Below, one piece after another: positions 37,747-52,051 of a DNA stretch of 64,000 nt (position 1 is the stretch's first letter; the number at the start of each line of letters is the position of its first letter). The stretch is from the human T2T-CHM13v2.0 reference genome, Homo sapiens. The DNA lies in the NCBI RefSeq assembly GCF_009914755.1, contig NC_060943.1; one strand, written 5' to 3'. Both the position numbers and the translations under genes were made by a program. The notes beneath the pieces are model-generated. The model ran no database searches. It was not told where the DNA came from and worked only from the letters and a program-made list of their open reading frames with translations.

Positions 37747-39623
37747 GACACAAGAATCAAAATGAGATAGATACCCTTCAAGAAGTAAGATTAAGATTCC
37801 TTTCATATGAAGACCTTATATGCTGGCAAATATGGGAACAATTTACAAGTAAATTAACCAGTAATCAAGACCTAATAATAAATCTTCAAGGCAAGAGGTC
37901 CAAGTTGCTAAAACAAGGTGATTCCCCCTGTCAGGTGTGGACAGGAGAATCTAGTCAGGTCTCTGAAGATGAGAACTATGTAATAAAGCTACAAGGGGAG
38001 AGTTCAAATAGCATAAAAAATCAAGAGCTTCCATTGAGGACCACCTGGGATTTCTGGAGGAAAATGTATCTGAGAGAACCACAGAATTATCAGAGTAGGT
38101 GTCAGCAAATTGATGTAAAAAATAAGCTCTGTAAATGTGATCATTGTGTTAGGCAAAGAATTGCTCATCAACATGATGATCATGGAGTACACAAAAGAGA
38201 GAAAGCTTTTAGCCACAATAATTGTGGAAAAGACTGTGTGAAGGAATCATCCCAGCATAGCATAATCCAATCAGGAGAGCAAACCTCTGATGAAAATGGA
38301 AAAGGCTTAAGTGTTGGCTCTAATCTTGAACTTCACCAGCAACTACACTTAAGAGACAAGCCTCATGTAAATGTTGAGTACGGGAAGGGCATAGGTTACA
38401 GCTCAGGGCTTCCCAGGCATCAGTGTTTCCACATAGGAGAGAAATGCTATAGGAATGGTGACAGTGGTGAGGGCTTCAGTCAGGGCTCACATCTGCAACC
38501 TCATCAGAGAGTCAGCACAGGAGAGAACCTCTACAGATGTCAGGTATATGCCCGGAGCTCCAACCAGAACTCCTGTCTTCCCTCTCATGAGCTTACTCAC
38601 CCAGGAGAGAAGTTGTGTACATGTGGCAGGTGTGGGAAGGGCTTCCATCATAGCTTAGATTTTGACATTCACTGTGTAGACAGTGCTGGAGAGAGAGCCT
38701 GTAAATGTGATGTATATGATAAAGGCTTCAGTCAGACATCACAACTTCAAGCCCATCAGAGAGGTCACTCTAGAGACAAGACATACAAATGGGAAGTAAG
38801 TGACAGGATATTTAATAGGAATTCTGGTCTTCACCAGAGAGTTCACACTGGAGAGAAACCATATAAATGTGAGGTATGTGATAAGGGCTTCAGTAAGGCC
38901 TCAAATCTTCAAGCCCATCAGAGAATCCACACTGGAGAGAAACCCTACAAATGTGATGTGTGTGATAAGAACTTCAGCCGTAATTCCCACCTTCAGGCCC
39001 ATCAGAGAGTCCATACAGGAGAGAAACCCTACAAATGTGACACATGTGGGAAGGACTTCAGTCAGATCTCTCATCTTCAGGCCCATCAGAGAGTTCACAC
39101 AGGAGAGAAGCCATACAAATGTGAGACATGTGGGAAGGGCTTTAGTCAGAGTTCGCATCTCCAAGACCATCAGCAAGTCCATACTGGAGAGAATCCCTAC
39201 AAATGTGATGTGTGTGGGAAAGGCTTCAGTTGGAGTTCACATCTTCAAGCCCATCAGAGAGTCCACACAGGAGAGAAACCATACAAATGTGAAGAATGTA
39301 GGAAAGGCTTCATCTGGAACTCATATCTTCATGTTCATCAGAGGATCCACACGGGAGAGAAACCCTATAAATGTGGCATGTGTGGTAAGAGCTTCAGTCA
39401 GACTTCACATCTTCAAGCCCATCAGAGAGTCCATACTGGAGAGAAACCATACAAATGTTTTGTGTGTGGTAAGGGCTTTAGTAAGAGTTCATATCTTCAG
39501 ATTCATCAGAGAGTCCATGATGGTGATGAATCTATTAATCATGATGAGTGTGATAGGGGTGCTCTTCAAGACTTAGACTTCCCATTTTCCTCAGAAAATC
39601 CACACAGCACAGAATATTTATAA
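37747..39623 (+). CDS. ZNF233: ZNF233 final exon: spacer, about 7 degenerate fingers, 8 intact C2H2 fingers, acidic tail
   Basis: ttctag|GACACAAGAATCAAAATGAG, in frame with the 572-aa ORF. Spliced CDS 15+127+96+1877 = 2115 nt = 704 aa + stop. Confidence 0.95.
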
Positions 39624-40703
39624 AATGTCATGTTTTAAGAATTCATGAGCTGAGTTTTTATAGTTATCTGAATTCCATTGAAGAAAACCTATTTTTGTAT
39701 GAATATGACCAGTTTCAAGCAGAGCCCAAAATGTCACAGTTGTCAAGAGAACACACAACAGAGAAACCCTATAAAGAATGATACAATATGTTTCAATCAG
39801 AACCTTCACATCCAATAAGCAATATGCAGGAGTGAAGCCTTCAAAATGATAAGTAAGGTCAGAATTTAGCAAAAGTATAATGAGGGACATGACAAAATCT
39901 GTGTCCACTAGAATCTAAGCTCCATGCAGGAACATTGTTTACTGCTGCATGATCGTGACCTTGAACAAGTACCTAAGAAATAGTGGCTTCCCTGGAATTG
40001 TTTAACTTGATAGGAAAAATCTATCATATATAGGACATATATTTGAATATTTTAGTGAGCTCAGCCCCAATTCGTCATTATAATTGTACTGGGAAAAGGA
40101 TTCTTGCAAGAAGCCTTAAAATGAATTCAAGGAAATGACATTTAATTAAAACACATAAAACCAAGCAGTCTACAATCTGAGTAATGTTTTTGCAATTGGC
40201 TTCTGTCCTCAGTTCAGCTTCATTTTCCAAGCAGTATAATAGGCCAAAGTTTCTATCTGATTATTTAAGACTTTTTCCATACAGTGTACAGCTGTGCTAT
40301 GTTTCTTTGGCGGGGGCTTTTGCTATCTTTCTTTTTGGGAGCTTGTGTGATAGAAACAGACTGAATGAAGAAAAAAATCCCAACTGGTTTTTAGTTCCAT
40401 AAAGCTTCATGAGAAAGGTTTTGCAAAAAAGGGGAATATCATATGGCATGCATTTTAGATGTTAAACTAAGCTGTTAAGGAAACAGCATTTTGGACAACA
40501 CCCCATACTTCTCAGACATCATTACACGTTATGCAGTGTGTAATGATCAAATCATAGTAATTGGATGAAGGGTTTACTCAGGTGTATATTTAGTGGAGGT
40601 GGGAGAAAGTTTCCCACTGTTGTTTTTTTTTTTTTGTCCTGGACCTTACCTTCCAGGACAATGAATACTTAAGTTCCATGATACCTCATTTCATGCTACC
40701 ATC

Positions 40704-40782
40704 AGAAATACAGGGCCAATAAATGAAAAAGAAAAAATAAATAAAAAAGATAAAAACAAAAAAAGAAATACAGGGCCAATAA
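40704..40782 (+). mobile_element. Solo A-rich insertion with 19-bp target-site duplication
   Basis: AGAAATACAGGGCCAATAA at 40704-40722 and 40764-40782 flanks 41 bp of A-rich sequence. Confidence 0.75.
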
Positions 40783-40930
40783 TGCTTTGCTTCATCACCA
40801 CCAGATTACTAGGGTGGGCTGCTGGAGCACATGGTTGTTTAAATCAAGATGTTTTCAATTGTGAGAAATGGAAAATCACACTCCAACTAGCTGGAACAAA
40901 ATTTATTGGTATGCATATTTAAAAAGAAGA

Positions 40931-41235
40931 GGCTGGGCATGGTAGCTTATGCCTGTAATCCCAGCACTTTGGGAGGCCGAGGCGGGCAGATCACAGGTCA
41001 GGAGTTTGAGACCAGCCTGGCCAATGTGGTGAAACCCAGCCTCTACTAAAAATACAAAAATTAGTCGGGTGTGGTAGTGGTGCCTGTAATCCCAGCTACT
41101 CAAGAGTCTGAAGCAGGAGAATCGCTTGAACCCGGGAGGCGGAGGTTGCCATGAGCCAAGATGGCGCCATTGCCCTCCAGCCCAGGGGGCCGGTATGAGA
41201 CTCCATCTCAAACAAGACAAAACAAAAAACAAAAA
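40931..41235 (+). mobile_element. AluS-like
   Basis: Dimeric Alu. Confidence 0.92.
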
Positions 41236-41640
41236 GAATACAGGTAGGACAGGACCAGGTCTCGTTGAAACAGGGCTCTGGGTCAATTCTTCTGTGATTC
41301 CCTCACCTCTGCCCTTCTGGTTGAGTTGATTCCCACATTTGTTCATTCCAACCTACTGAGGAAATTTACTTAAAGAATAGATGCTCAGTTAACATTCTCA
41401 TATCACACACTCCCTTTTCTGTGCACTTCTAAAGCAGTTATTTTCGGAACCTCTTTTTGCTCTTAATCATGTAGAGACTTTTCATTTTCCTAAATATATC
41501 ATACCTAAACAAATAACTCATAGAGGTACTGTGGGTTATGGTTTGCCATTTGAACCATGCATCAACCTTCTGGAGAATCTTTTAAAGTATATACATTTTT
41601 CTAGAGTAAAATTAATTTTTTTCTAAAACACGTGAAGTAG

Positions 41641-42200
41641 TTTTTATTAATATATTAATAGTTGTATATATTTATGGGATGCACGTGATATTTTGATTTG
41701 TGCACATACAATGTGTAATGATCAAATCATGGTAATTGGGATATGCATCACCTCAAACATTTATCATTTCTTTGTGTTGGGAACATTCTAAATCTTCTAG
41801 TTATTTTGAAATATACAACAAATTCTTGTTAACTGTAGTTGCCCTACTGTGTTATTGATTAGCTATAATAAATAAGTTCTAGTGTTACTGACACTGTTCT
41901 ATCTAATCATATTTTTGTACCCATTAACCAACCTCTCTTCATCCTTCCCTCACCCCTATCCATCCCAACCTCTGATAACCACCATTCTAAATCACTTCCT
42001 CCTTGAGATATTTTTAGTTCCTATATAGGAATGAGAATATGCAAAATGTGTCTTTCTATGCCTGGATGATTCCACTTAACACAATATCCTCTGGTTCCAT
42101 CCATGTTGCTGCAAATGACAGGAGAAAGAAAATGTGGTATATACACACAATGGAATATTATCCAGCCATTAAAATAATAAAATCCTGTCATTTGCAGCAA
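41641..42200 (-). mobile_element. Short L1MA-like 3' end with 5' inversion
   Basis: Antisense L1 3' UTR to 42123, then sense-orientation L1 at 42124-42200. Confidence 0.75.
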
Positions 42201-42212
42201 GAGATTGTCTGA

Positions 42213-42515
42213 TTTTTGTTTGTTTTTTATTTATTTATTTATTTTTTTGAGACAGGTCTCAGTTGACCAGGCTGGAGTGCAGTGGCACAATCCTAGTTCA
42301 CTGTAGTCCCAACCTGCCAGACTCAAGCAATCTTCCCACCTCAGCTTCCTGAGTACTAGGGACTACAGGCATGCACCAACATGCCCAGCCAATTTTTTGT
42401 AAAGATGGTCTCACCATGTTGCCCAGATTAGTCTCAAACTCCTGAGCTCAAGCTATTTTCCTGCCTCGACATCCCAAAGTGCTGGGATTACAGGCATGAG
42501 CCACTGCACCTGGCC
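42213..42515 (-). mobile_element. AluJ-like
   Basis: Antisense Alu. Confidence 0.88.
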
Positions 42516-42779
42516 TGAATAAAGAATTTTATCTATATATACTTGGTCTAAACAGAAAAAGACCTGCAAAGAAATCATGAACACTAACAAAGTTTGTTAT
42601 GTGCATTCATGTTAGTTGGCAACTCCAAAACTACTTGCCAGGTATTGGAGGACTGAACAGATGCATAAACATACTGATGATGCTGGGGGCCAATTTCTGA
42701 CTCTTGGAGAAAGAAGTAAATATGGAATGGGAAAATCCCTTAGGAAGAATCCTGCAATACTTATTTAAAATGAGAGGGG

Positions 42780-44390
<1,611 letters not shown>

Positions 44391-44729
44391 AATTACTACA
44401 CGAGCCCCCTTAAAGTAACAAGATCATATGTGTACATATATACGCATATCACATACACATATATACACACTCATACAAAATCCTGTCTCTGCCCACTTTC
44501 CTAAACATATTCTCAGTAACTACCAACGTCAATAATTATAAATGTACCTCCTCTCATTTCACTCTGTATTCCACTGAATGGATAAGTCATCAAATATTTT
44601 GTCAATCCAACTGATAAATGCAAAGTTTGCTATTATCAACAATGCAACTGTGAACATCCATTTACACACATCTGTAACTGCGTGTCTCAGTCTTCAAATG
44701 CATCTTAAAAGTTTTCTCCCTTTCCTTCC

Positions 44730-45494
<765 letters not shown>

Positions 45495-45499
<5 letters not shown>

Positions 45500-46393
45500 G
45501 AAAGAGACACAGAGACAAAGTATAGAGAAAGAAAAGTGGGCCCAGGGGACCGGCACTCAGCATATGGAGGACCCGCGCCAGCCCTGGTCTCTTGAGTTCC
45601 CTCAGTATTTATTGATCATTATCTCTACCATCTCAGAGAGGGGGATGTGGCAGGACATTAGGGTAATTGTGGGGAGAGGGTCAGCAGGAAAACATGTAAA
45701 CAAAGGTCTCTGTGTCATAAACAAGGTTAAGAAAAGGTGCTGTGCTTTGATGTGCACGTAAACAAACATCTCGGTGCATTAAAAAGCAGTATTGCCGCTA
45801 GCATGTCTCATCTCCAGCGTTAAGGCGGTTTTCTCCTATCTCAGTAAATAGAACATACAATAGAGTTTTACACCGAGACATTCTATTGCCCAGGAACGAG
45901 CAGGAGACAGATGCTTCCTCTTATCACAACTGCAAAGAGGCCTTCCTCTTTTACTAATCCTCCTCAGCACAGACCCTGTATGGGTGTCGGGTGTTGGGCT
46001 GGGGGACGGTCAGGTCTTTCCCTTCCCACAAGGCCGTATCTCAGGCTATCACATGGGGAGAAACCTTGGACAATACCTAGTTTTCCTAGGCAGAGGTCCC
46101 TGTGGCCTTCTGCAGTGTATTGTGTCCCTGGGTACTTGAGATTAGAGAATGGTGATGACTTTTAACAAGCATACTGCCTTCAAGCACTTTTTTAACAAAG
46201 AACATTCTGCATAGCCCTAAATCCATTAAACATTGAGTCAACACAGCACATGTCTCTGCGAGCACGGGGTTGGGGCTAGGGTTACAGATTAACAGCATCT
46301 CAAGGCAAAAGAATTTTTCTTAGTATAGAACAAAATGGAGTCTACTTCTTTTTACATAGACACAGTAACAGTCTGATCTTTCTTTTCCCCATA
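45495..46393 (-). mobile_element. HERV-K(HML-2) LTR5A/B-type LTR, 3'-truncated
   Basis: Minus strand begins TATGGGGAAAAGAAAGATCAGACTGTTACTGTGTCTATG and ends TTCTCTATACTTTGTCTCTGTGTCTCTTTCTTTTC; AATAAA on minus strand near 45610. Confidence 0.85.
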
Positions 46394-48051
46394 GTAAAAG
46401 CTATTGGATCTTTGTTTGTATATGTGTGCACATATTTAGATATGTTTATGTGATTATATTGTTACATGTATGTAACATGTATTATGTTATGTGTTGGTCT
46501 AGCATGATACCAAATGGCCTTGTAAGTAGATAATTATAAATTAGGTACAAATGCTTTTCAAGTTCACACAGATCTTCAGTAAATAAAACTGGTTTTAAAA
46601 TCATTAGTAAGATAAAAATGTCTTCAGAATTGTCAGCATACATTTTTGTCTGGGCAAATAAGTTTTATAGTTTTATAGTTGCCTTGGCTAAATGTTTTAA
46701 GGTGTCACAGTTTGGCACAAAGGTTCTGAGACTATAAACCCAACTGAAAACAGAGTAATCTTTGTGTATTTTTTTTGAAAAATAAAACTAATTTAAAATT
46801 TTTAGTTTAATGAAAACAGCTAAATCTTCTGAGTTATTGGCAAAATGCCCAGTGTTTAAGGTTCTTACTTAGATGTATACCTGATATTCAGATTTTAAAA
46901 ATGGTTAACAGGGAAATAACTTTAAATAATCACCAGCTTTATGTAGTATCTCAGTTTTCAGTACTAATCTAGATAAGCTGTTAAAAATGAGAAAATATCG
47001 AGTACATATGAGATAAATGCTTACAGACTTTTTGTGTAATTTAAAACCCTAAAAACTTTAAATTAAATAATACTCATTCACCCTTTCTACTTTCCCATAT
47101 ATTATGGCACAGAATGGTTGATGACAGTGTAAATCCACGTAATAGGTCAAGACCTCTATGAATTGAAAATAAAATGCTACTAAAATTCTAGAGAAACCAA
47201 GGGCCAGACCAACAGCTAGCCAAAAAGTAGACAGTAACTCATGACGTGCTGCTAACCATCCATTCATCTGTCAGACTGGCTGGAATCAGACCATAGACGC
47301 ATCACACTCGGGTGAAGGCAGCTCCTCCTCAACCTGATACCTCAGACAATCAGACTGCTTGGTCATGTAAATCAAGAGAGGACCTAAAGCTATTTATTAA
47401 AGAAAAATCATACAAATAAGTAACACCCTTCTGTTAACATGAATTGTTAATGAATTGTACAGTCGTAACTACATTCTTTATCTTTGCTAAAACTAACCTT
47501 TTTGCTGAATGGGCATAGATGGTGACTTTCCTCCAAAATAAAAGGCTGTTGGGTCTGCAGGGAGCTACCCCTTTCTTTAATCACAGGCTTGCCATGGTGC
47601 ATACAAACTGCTAACCTGAGCACTTGAGTATTTTTATACTTGGAGTAAAAATACTTACCTGTTTCCCTTCTATGATTAGAGTACCACTTACCATGAGTTC
47701 CCTGCCTCTGAGAAAACACAGAAACGTATTTTCCTTCTGGTTCATAAACAGGTTAATGCCACCCCCACTACAGGATATGCCATAGATGATGGCATATGAT
47801 GGTTGATGGCAGTGTAAATCCAGGTAATGGGTCAAGACTTCTATGCATTGAAAAACACAGTAACAGTACACCCCACACTATCTCCCACGATATGGGATGA
47901 CTACCTCTTCAACAATGTGGCCAAACCCTTGGACTGACTAATAACATGTGACTAGGATGGCACAATCAAAATAGCATCCACCTCCATAACAGAGCCTCAT
48001 CCTTCCCCCTGGGGTTTGCTATGGGTCTGCGGCACTCATGGTTGGCCTTAC

Positions 48052-48601
48052 TGTTGGGGATCAGCCTTAATACCACCTGTAGGGTACCCGAAGTCCAGTG
48101 GTGACAAAGGAATGAGAAGAGACAGGTTAAGTGTTCATAAAGGTGGGAGCCAGGGGGCCAGAGCAAATCAGAGGCTGCAAAGGCCCGGAGCTGAAGTCTC
48201 TACACTATTTATTGAATATGATCACTTAGATCTGAGAAGCAGATGTTCAGGGCGAAACAGTGAAAGGGAGGCAGTGCATTATATGCGTGATCTATAGCAG
48301 TGGCGGTTTAAGTGAATCTCCTTTGTGCTCAGTGTATCTTTAACTTATCGGAGAGTAGCTGGTGGGAGCAGGCTTAACTAGGAGCTTGCGTATCTGTCTA
48401 CATTTCAATGTCTTAAAGGAGTGACTTTTTTCCTGAACACAGCGTTTACAGATAAGAGAGCAGGTCTCACTCTGAGCATGGGAACATGATGGCAATTAGG
48501 AGGCTTTCCTCCTCAGAGGCCTCTTGTGGCTTTCCACAACTTATTGTCCGATATTTTTATGGCCAATTTATGCAGGCACTCCACAAGCCCTTTTCCCAGC
48601 A
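48052..48601 (-). mobile_element. HERV-K(HML-10)/LTR14-like solo LTR
   Basis: 550 bp TG...CA with 5-bp TSD CTTAC. Minus strand starts TGCTGGGAAAAGGGCTTGTGGAGTGCCTGCATAAATTGGCCATAAAAATAT, like the HERV-K(C4) LTR as recalled. Confidence 0.75.
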
Positions 48602-48975
48602 CTTACAACTGGAATGGTAGATGCACCTAGGGGCGCCCTTCCCTACCAGGATGTATCCTTTCCCATTTAGACTCTCTCCATGCCAACTGGGAAAGTGTAA
48701 AAGGCGAGACGATCCCATCAAAAATAGGCATCAAGGTGGTTGTACCCAGTAGTCCTTTCTTTCCCCCAGGCAGTGGCCACAGATGTAAAATTACAAATAA
48801 AAGACCTGGTTAAACAAACGGCTGCTACCTTTAATAATATCCATCATGTCATCCCCTTTCTCGCTGAAAAACCCTCACAAGATTAGACAAGTCGCCCTGC
48901 ACAACCACATGGCCTTAGATATCCTGACTGCAGCACAAGGCAGCCCTTGTGCACTGATTAAGACTGAATGTTCTG

Positions 48976-49268
48976 TCCGGGAGCAGTGGACTACAGTGCC
49001 TGTAATCCCAGCACTTTGGGAGGCTGAAAAGGGTGGATCGCTTGAGGTCAGGAGTTCGAAACTGGCCTGGCCAACATAGTGAAACCCTCTCTACTAAAAA
49101 TACAAAACTTAGCTGGGCATGGTGGTATACACCTGTAATCCCAGCTACTGGGGAGGCTAAGGCATGAGAATTGAACTTGAGAGGCAGAGGTTGCAGTGAG
49201 CCAAGATTGTGCCACTGCACTCCAGCCTGGGTGACACAGCAAGGCTGTCTCAGGAAAAAAAAAAAAAA
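48976..49268 (+). mobile_element. AluS-like inserted in the env C-x6-CC motif
   Basis: Diverged TSD AAGACTGAATGTTCTG / AAGACTAAGTATTGTG. Confidence 0.9.
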
Positions 49269-49714
49269 AGACTAAGTATTGTGAATATATACCACATTAT
49301 TCTCACACTATGACCTAAGCTATGCATACACTGGACATCCATATTTCTGATACAGATATAGGATCCTCTCCCAGGACCCTTTAACAGTGTGGTCCAGCTG
49401 ACTTCCTTATAAAAGACTTTCATATACAGTATGGTTGGTATTCTTCTCATTGTCCTCATCAGCTGCTATGGATTTTACTACTGTTATACACTGAGGACAG
49501 ACTTTCTCAAAAGTTCCTAGGTCCTCAGTCCTCACACTGTAAGGCTCCAGCAAGTTCCTGCTATAGATCTGGGAATGTGGATATATTTCCAACTCCAAGT
49601 GAATAGATTCCATTCTGGTACTTCCCAACTATGCCCCCTTTCAGCAGGAAGCAGCCAGATTAACTGCGTTGCCCACTTTCCATAAAAATAGGATGAAGTT
49701 TGACAGTGGGGAAT

Positions 49715-50279
49715 TCTTACAGAGTACTCCAGCTTTGAAATGCATTTTAAAACTTTTCTCCCTTTCCTCCCCAATCTCAGAATGTGGCCTTATATGTTAA
49801 AACTTTTCATCTCTCCCTTTCCCACGAGGTACTTCATGCACAGTGCTCACTTGTATAATTGTGCTTGCTTAGAAATTCCAAGCACTAATTTTAAAGCAAA
49901 ACAGACACAGACTAAATAAATCAGCTGCACAATCCTCCCACTTAAGGGCAGTTATGAACAGTTCATCCACCACTCCTGGGCCAAAGTCAAGAAGATGCAA
50001 ACCAGACCTCCAAATGGGTGACTGCTCAAGATAAACCATCAGAAGAAGACATGCAAGACCTGCACCCGACTGCACCGCTCCCACGTATTTCCCACACCAA
50101 GTTTTCCCTCTTAAACTCCTTCACTCAGCCCAAAAAGTTGGAATGGTCTTTTAAGGTATGAGCCTGGCCATTTCCCAATTACTAACATTTGATTAGTAAA
50201 ACTGCTTTCCTTTTACTACATTTTGCTTTTCATGTTTTCAGCCTTTGAGTAGCAAGCAGCTGGACTTAAGCCAGTTACA
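49715..50279 (+). mobile_element. 3' LTR of the ERV1 element (MER34/MER39-like group; subfamily uncertain)
   Basis: Follows PPT GACAGTGGGGAAT; ends GCAAGCAGCTGGACTTAAGCCAGTTACA. Confidence 0.7.
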
Positions 50280-50857
50280 CATCCATAACACAGGATTACA
50301 TGCCATATAATGAGATAAAACAAACAAGATTTAGCTATAAGGGATTTTCATTTATGCATAACTTTGTTTCACTTTTACTTTGGTAAAATTGATGTCACTG
50401 TAATTTTTTGAAAAGTTAAAATATCATCCCAACCTTCCATGCCACAGTAAACAATTGTTAGCATATTAATATCCTTCTATTATTTCTATGCATATAATCA
50501 CATCATTAGGTGGACATACTTCTATTAATTGGATAATCCCAGGAAGGGTCTAACCTAGTTTTCTCATGAATAATGTCTTCTCTAGTCATTACAGACCTCT
50601 GATCATCTTAATGGCTGTATATTATAAGGATATATCAAGACTTACTCAAATATTTTACTTTTTCCTTTTTGAATTCAGGATAAATATCCTTGTGTACAAT
50701 CTTTCTCGCTTTTGTCACAATCTCCTAAGTGAAATTTCTAGTGCTAGGACTGCCAGGGCAAAGAGTATTTATTGTCCACTAATACCAAGAGGTCTTAAGC
50801 ATAGAATGCTGTGTAAGTGGTAATCCATCTAAATCATTACACTGAATACAATTTCAA

Positions 50858-50990
50858 GGTTGGGCACAGAGGTTCACATCCATAATCTCAACACTTCGGG
50901 AAGCCAAGGTGGGAGGAATGCTTGAGGCCAGGAGTTTGAGACCAACCTGGGCAACACTGCAAGGCTCTATTAAACAAAATAAATAAACAA
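50858..50990 (+). mobile_element. Alu left monomer (FLAM-like)
   Basis: Single monomer with A-rich tail. Confidence 0.8.
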
Positions 50991-52051
50991 TAAGATACAA
51001 TTTCAATAAAGACTCAACAGGTTTCTTGCCCTGCCACTTCCTTTTAAGGGGATAAATGTGACAAATTAACATGCCTGAAATCTGCCAAAGCTCCTTCTAA
51101 AGCGGCCTACATGGAGGAAAGACTACACATAGAAAAGCAACTTGACCTGAACCTGAATGAAAATAATGAAAGGAAACCAAGTATTAACAATTCAAGTTTA
51201 CTAAGAAACTTTTTGTCATCAGTAACTACTTTTAACACTTTCAGAGTTACAGTACAGCTTAGTGTCCAAAAATTCTAATCATGTAAATTGCAGGGTCACA
51301 TTAGATAAAAACAGTATTGTTCAGTCTATAAACTGACACTAAAAATCATACTGTACACAACTGATGATACACTGTACAAAGAACTAAGGCTGAAGGATGG
51401 GAGCCATTCATGTCTTTTTTCCAAATTTGTGTTAGTATGGATGGCAGTATTATATACTTTTCAGTACTTACTGAAACTAACGTTATTAAGGCTACTTGCA
51501 GGATTCCTTTTGAATATAAATTAATATAAATTTAGAGTAGAAAACAGACTAGAATTTTCAAGTATTTGTCCTAATTATAGGTATTTTCTTCACTTTCTTC
51601 AGTAATTGCTGGGCCCTATTATGAGCCAAGCACAATTCTACATGGTAGAGATAGAGTGGTGAAAAACACCTCCTTACATAGAGGTTACATTTTAGTTGAC
51701 ATCCATTTTTTCTGTCAATCATACTTTTGTTAAAGGAAGGCCTCTCTCCTGTGCAGACTCCGACAAGACTTTTCTGCTGTGTTACATCTTGAGAACCGGG
51801 ACACCTGGTACTCTGATATAAACACTGATCATATTTACAGAACAAAGTTTTCTCGCATCTGTGAAATATGACGTTTGTAAAGAATTCATGTCCTAACCAA
51901 GTCTAAAACACAGCATTTGAGAGACTTCTTTCCTGTCAAGATTCTTTGAAGCTTCTAGTTTTAAAGGAACTTTTCACAATCATCAGCATGGACTTCCCAA
52001 CGGAGACAAAGATGTGAGCTCTAACTGAAGGCTGAACCACACCTCTCATTT

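Larger units (their letters stand above)
46394..49714 (+). mobile_element. ERV class I (gamma-like) internal 3' region with decayed env
   Basis: CWVC at 47547-47558; LWVCG..GWPY near 48020-48051; decayed furin site HQK* at 48716-48727; ISD-like [15 protein letters not shown] + C-x6-C at 48897-48974; hydrophobic FIYSMVGILLIVLISC near 49420-49465; PPT before the LTR. Confidence 0.8.

Noticed and set aside
48846-49079. 77-aa ORF with env immunosuppressive domain as a co-opted peptide
   Set aside because: No signal peptide, degenerate ISD (LHNH for LQNR) and a C-terminus running into Alu sequence; no sign of preservation.
50768-50773. Minus-strand AATAAA as the ZNF235 poly(A) signal
   Set aside because: Cannot be distinguished from nearer non-canonical hexamers without 3'-end data.
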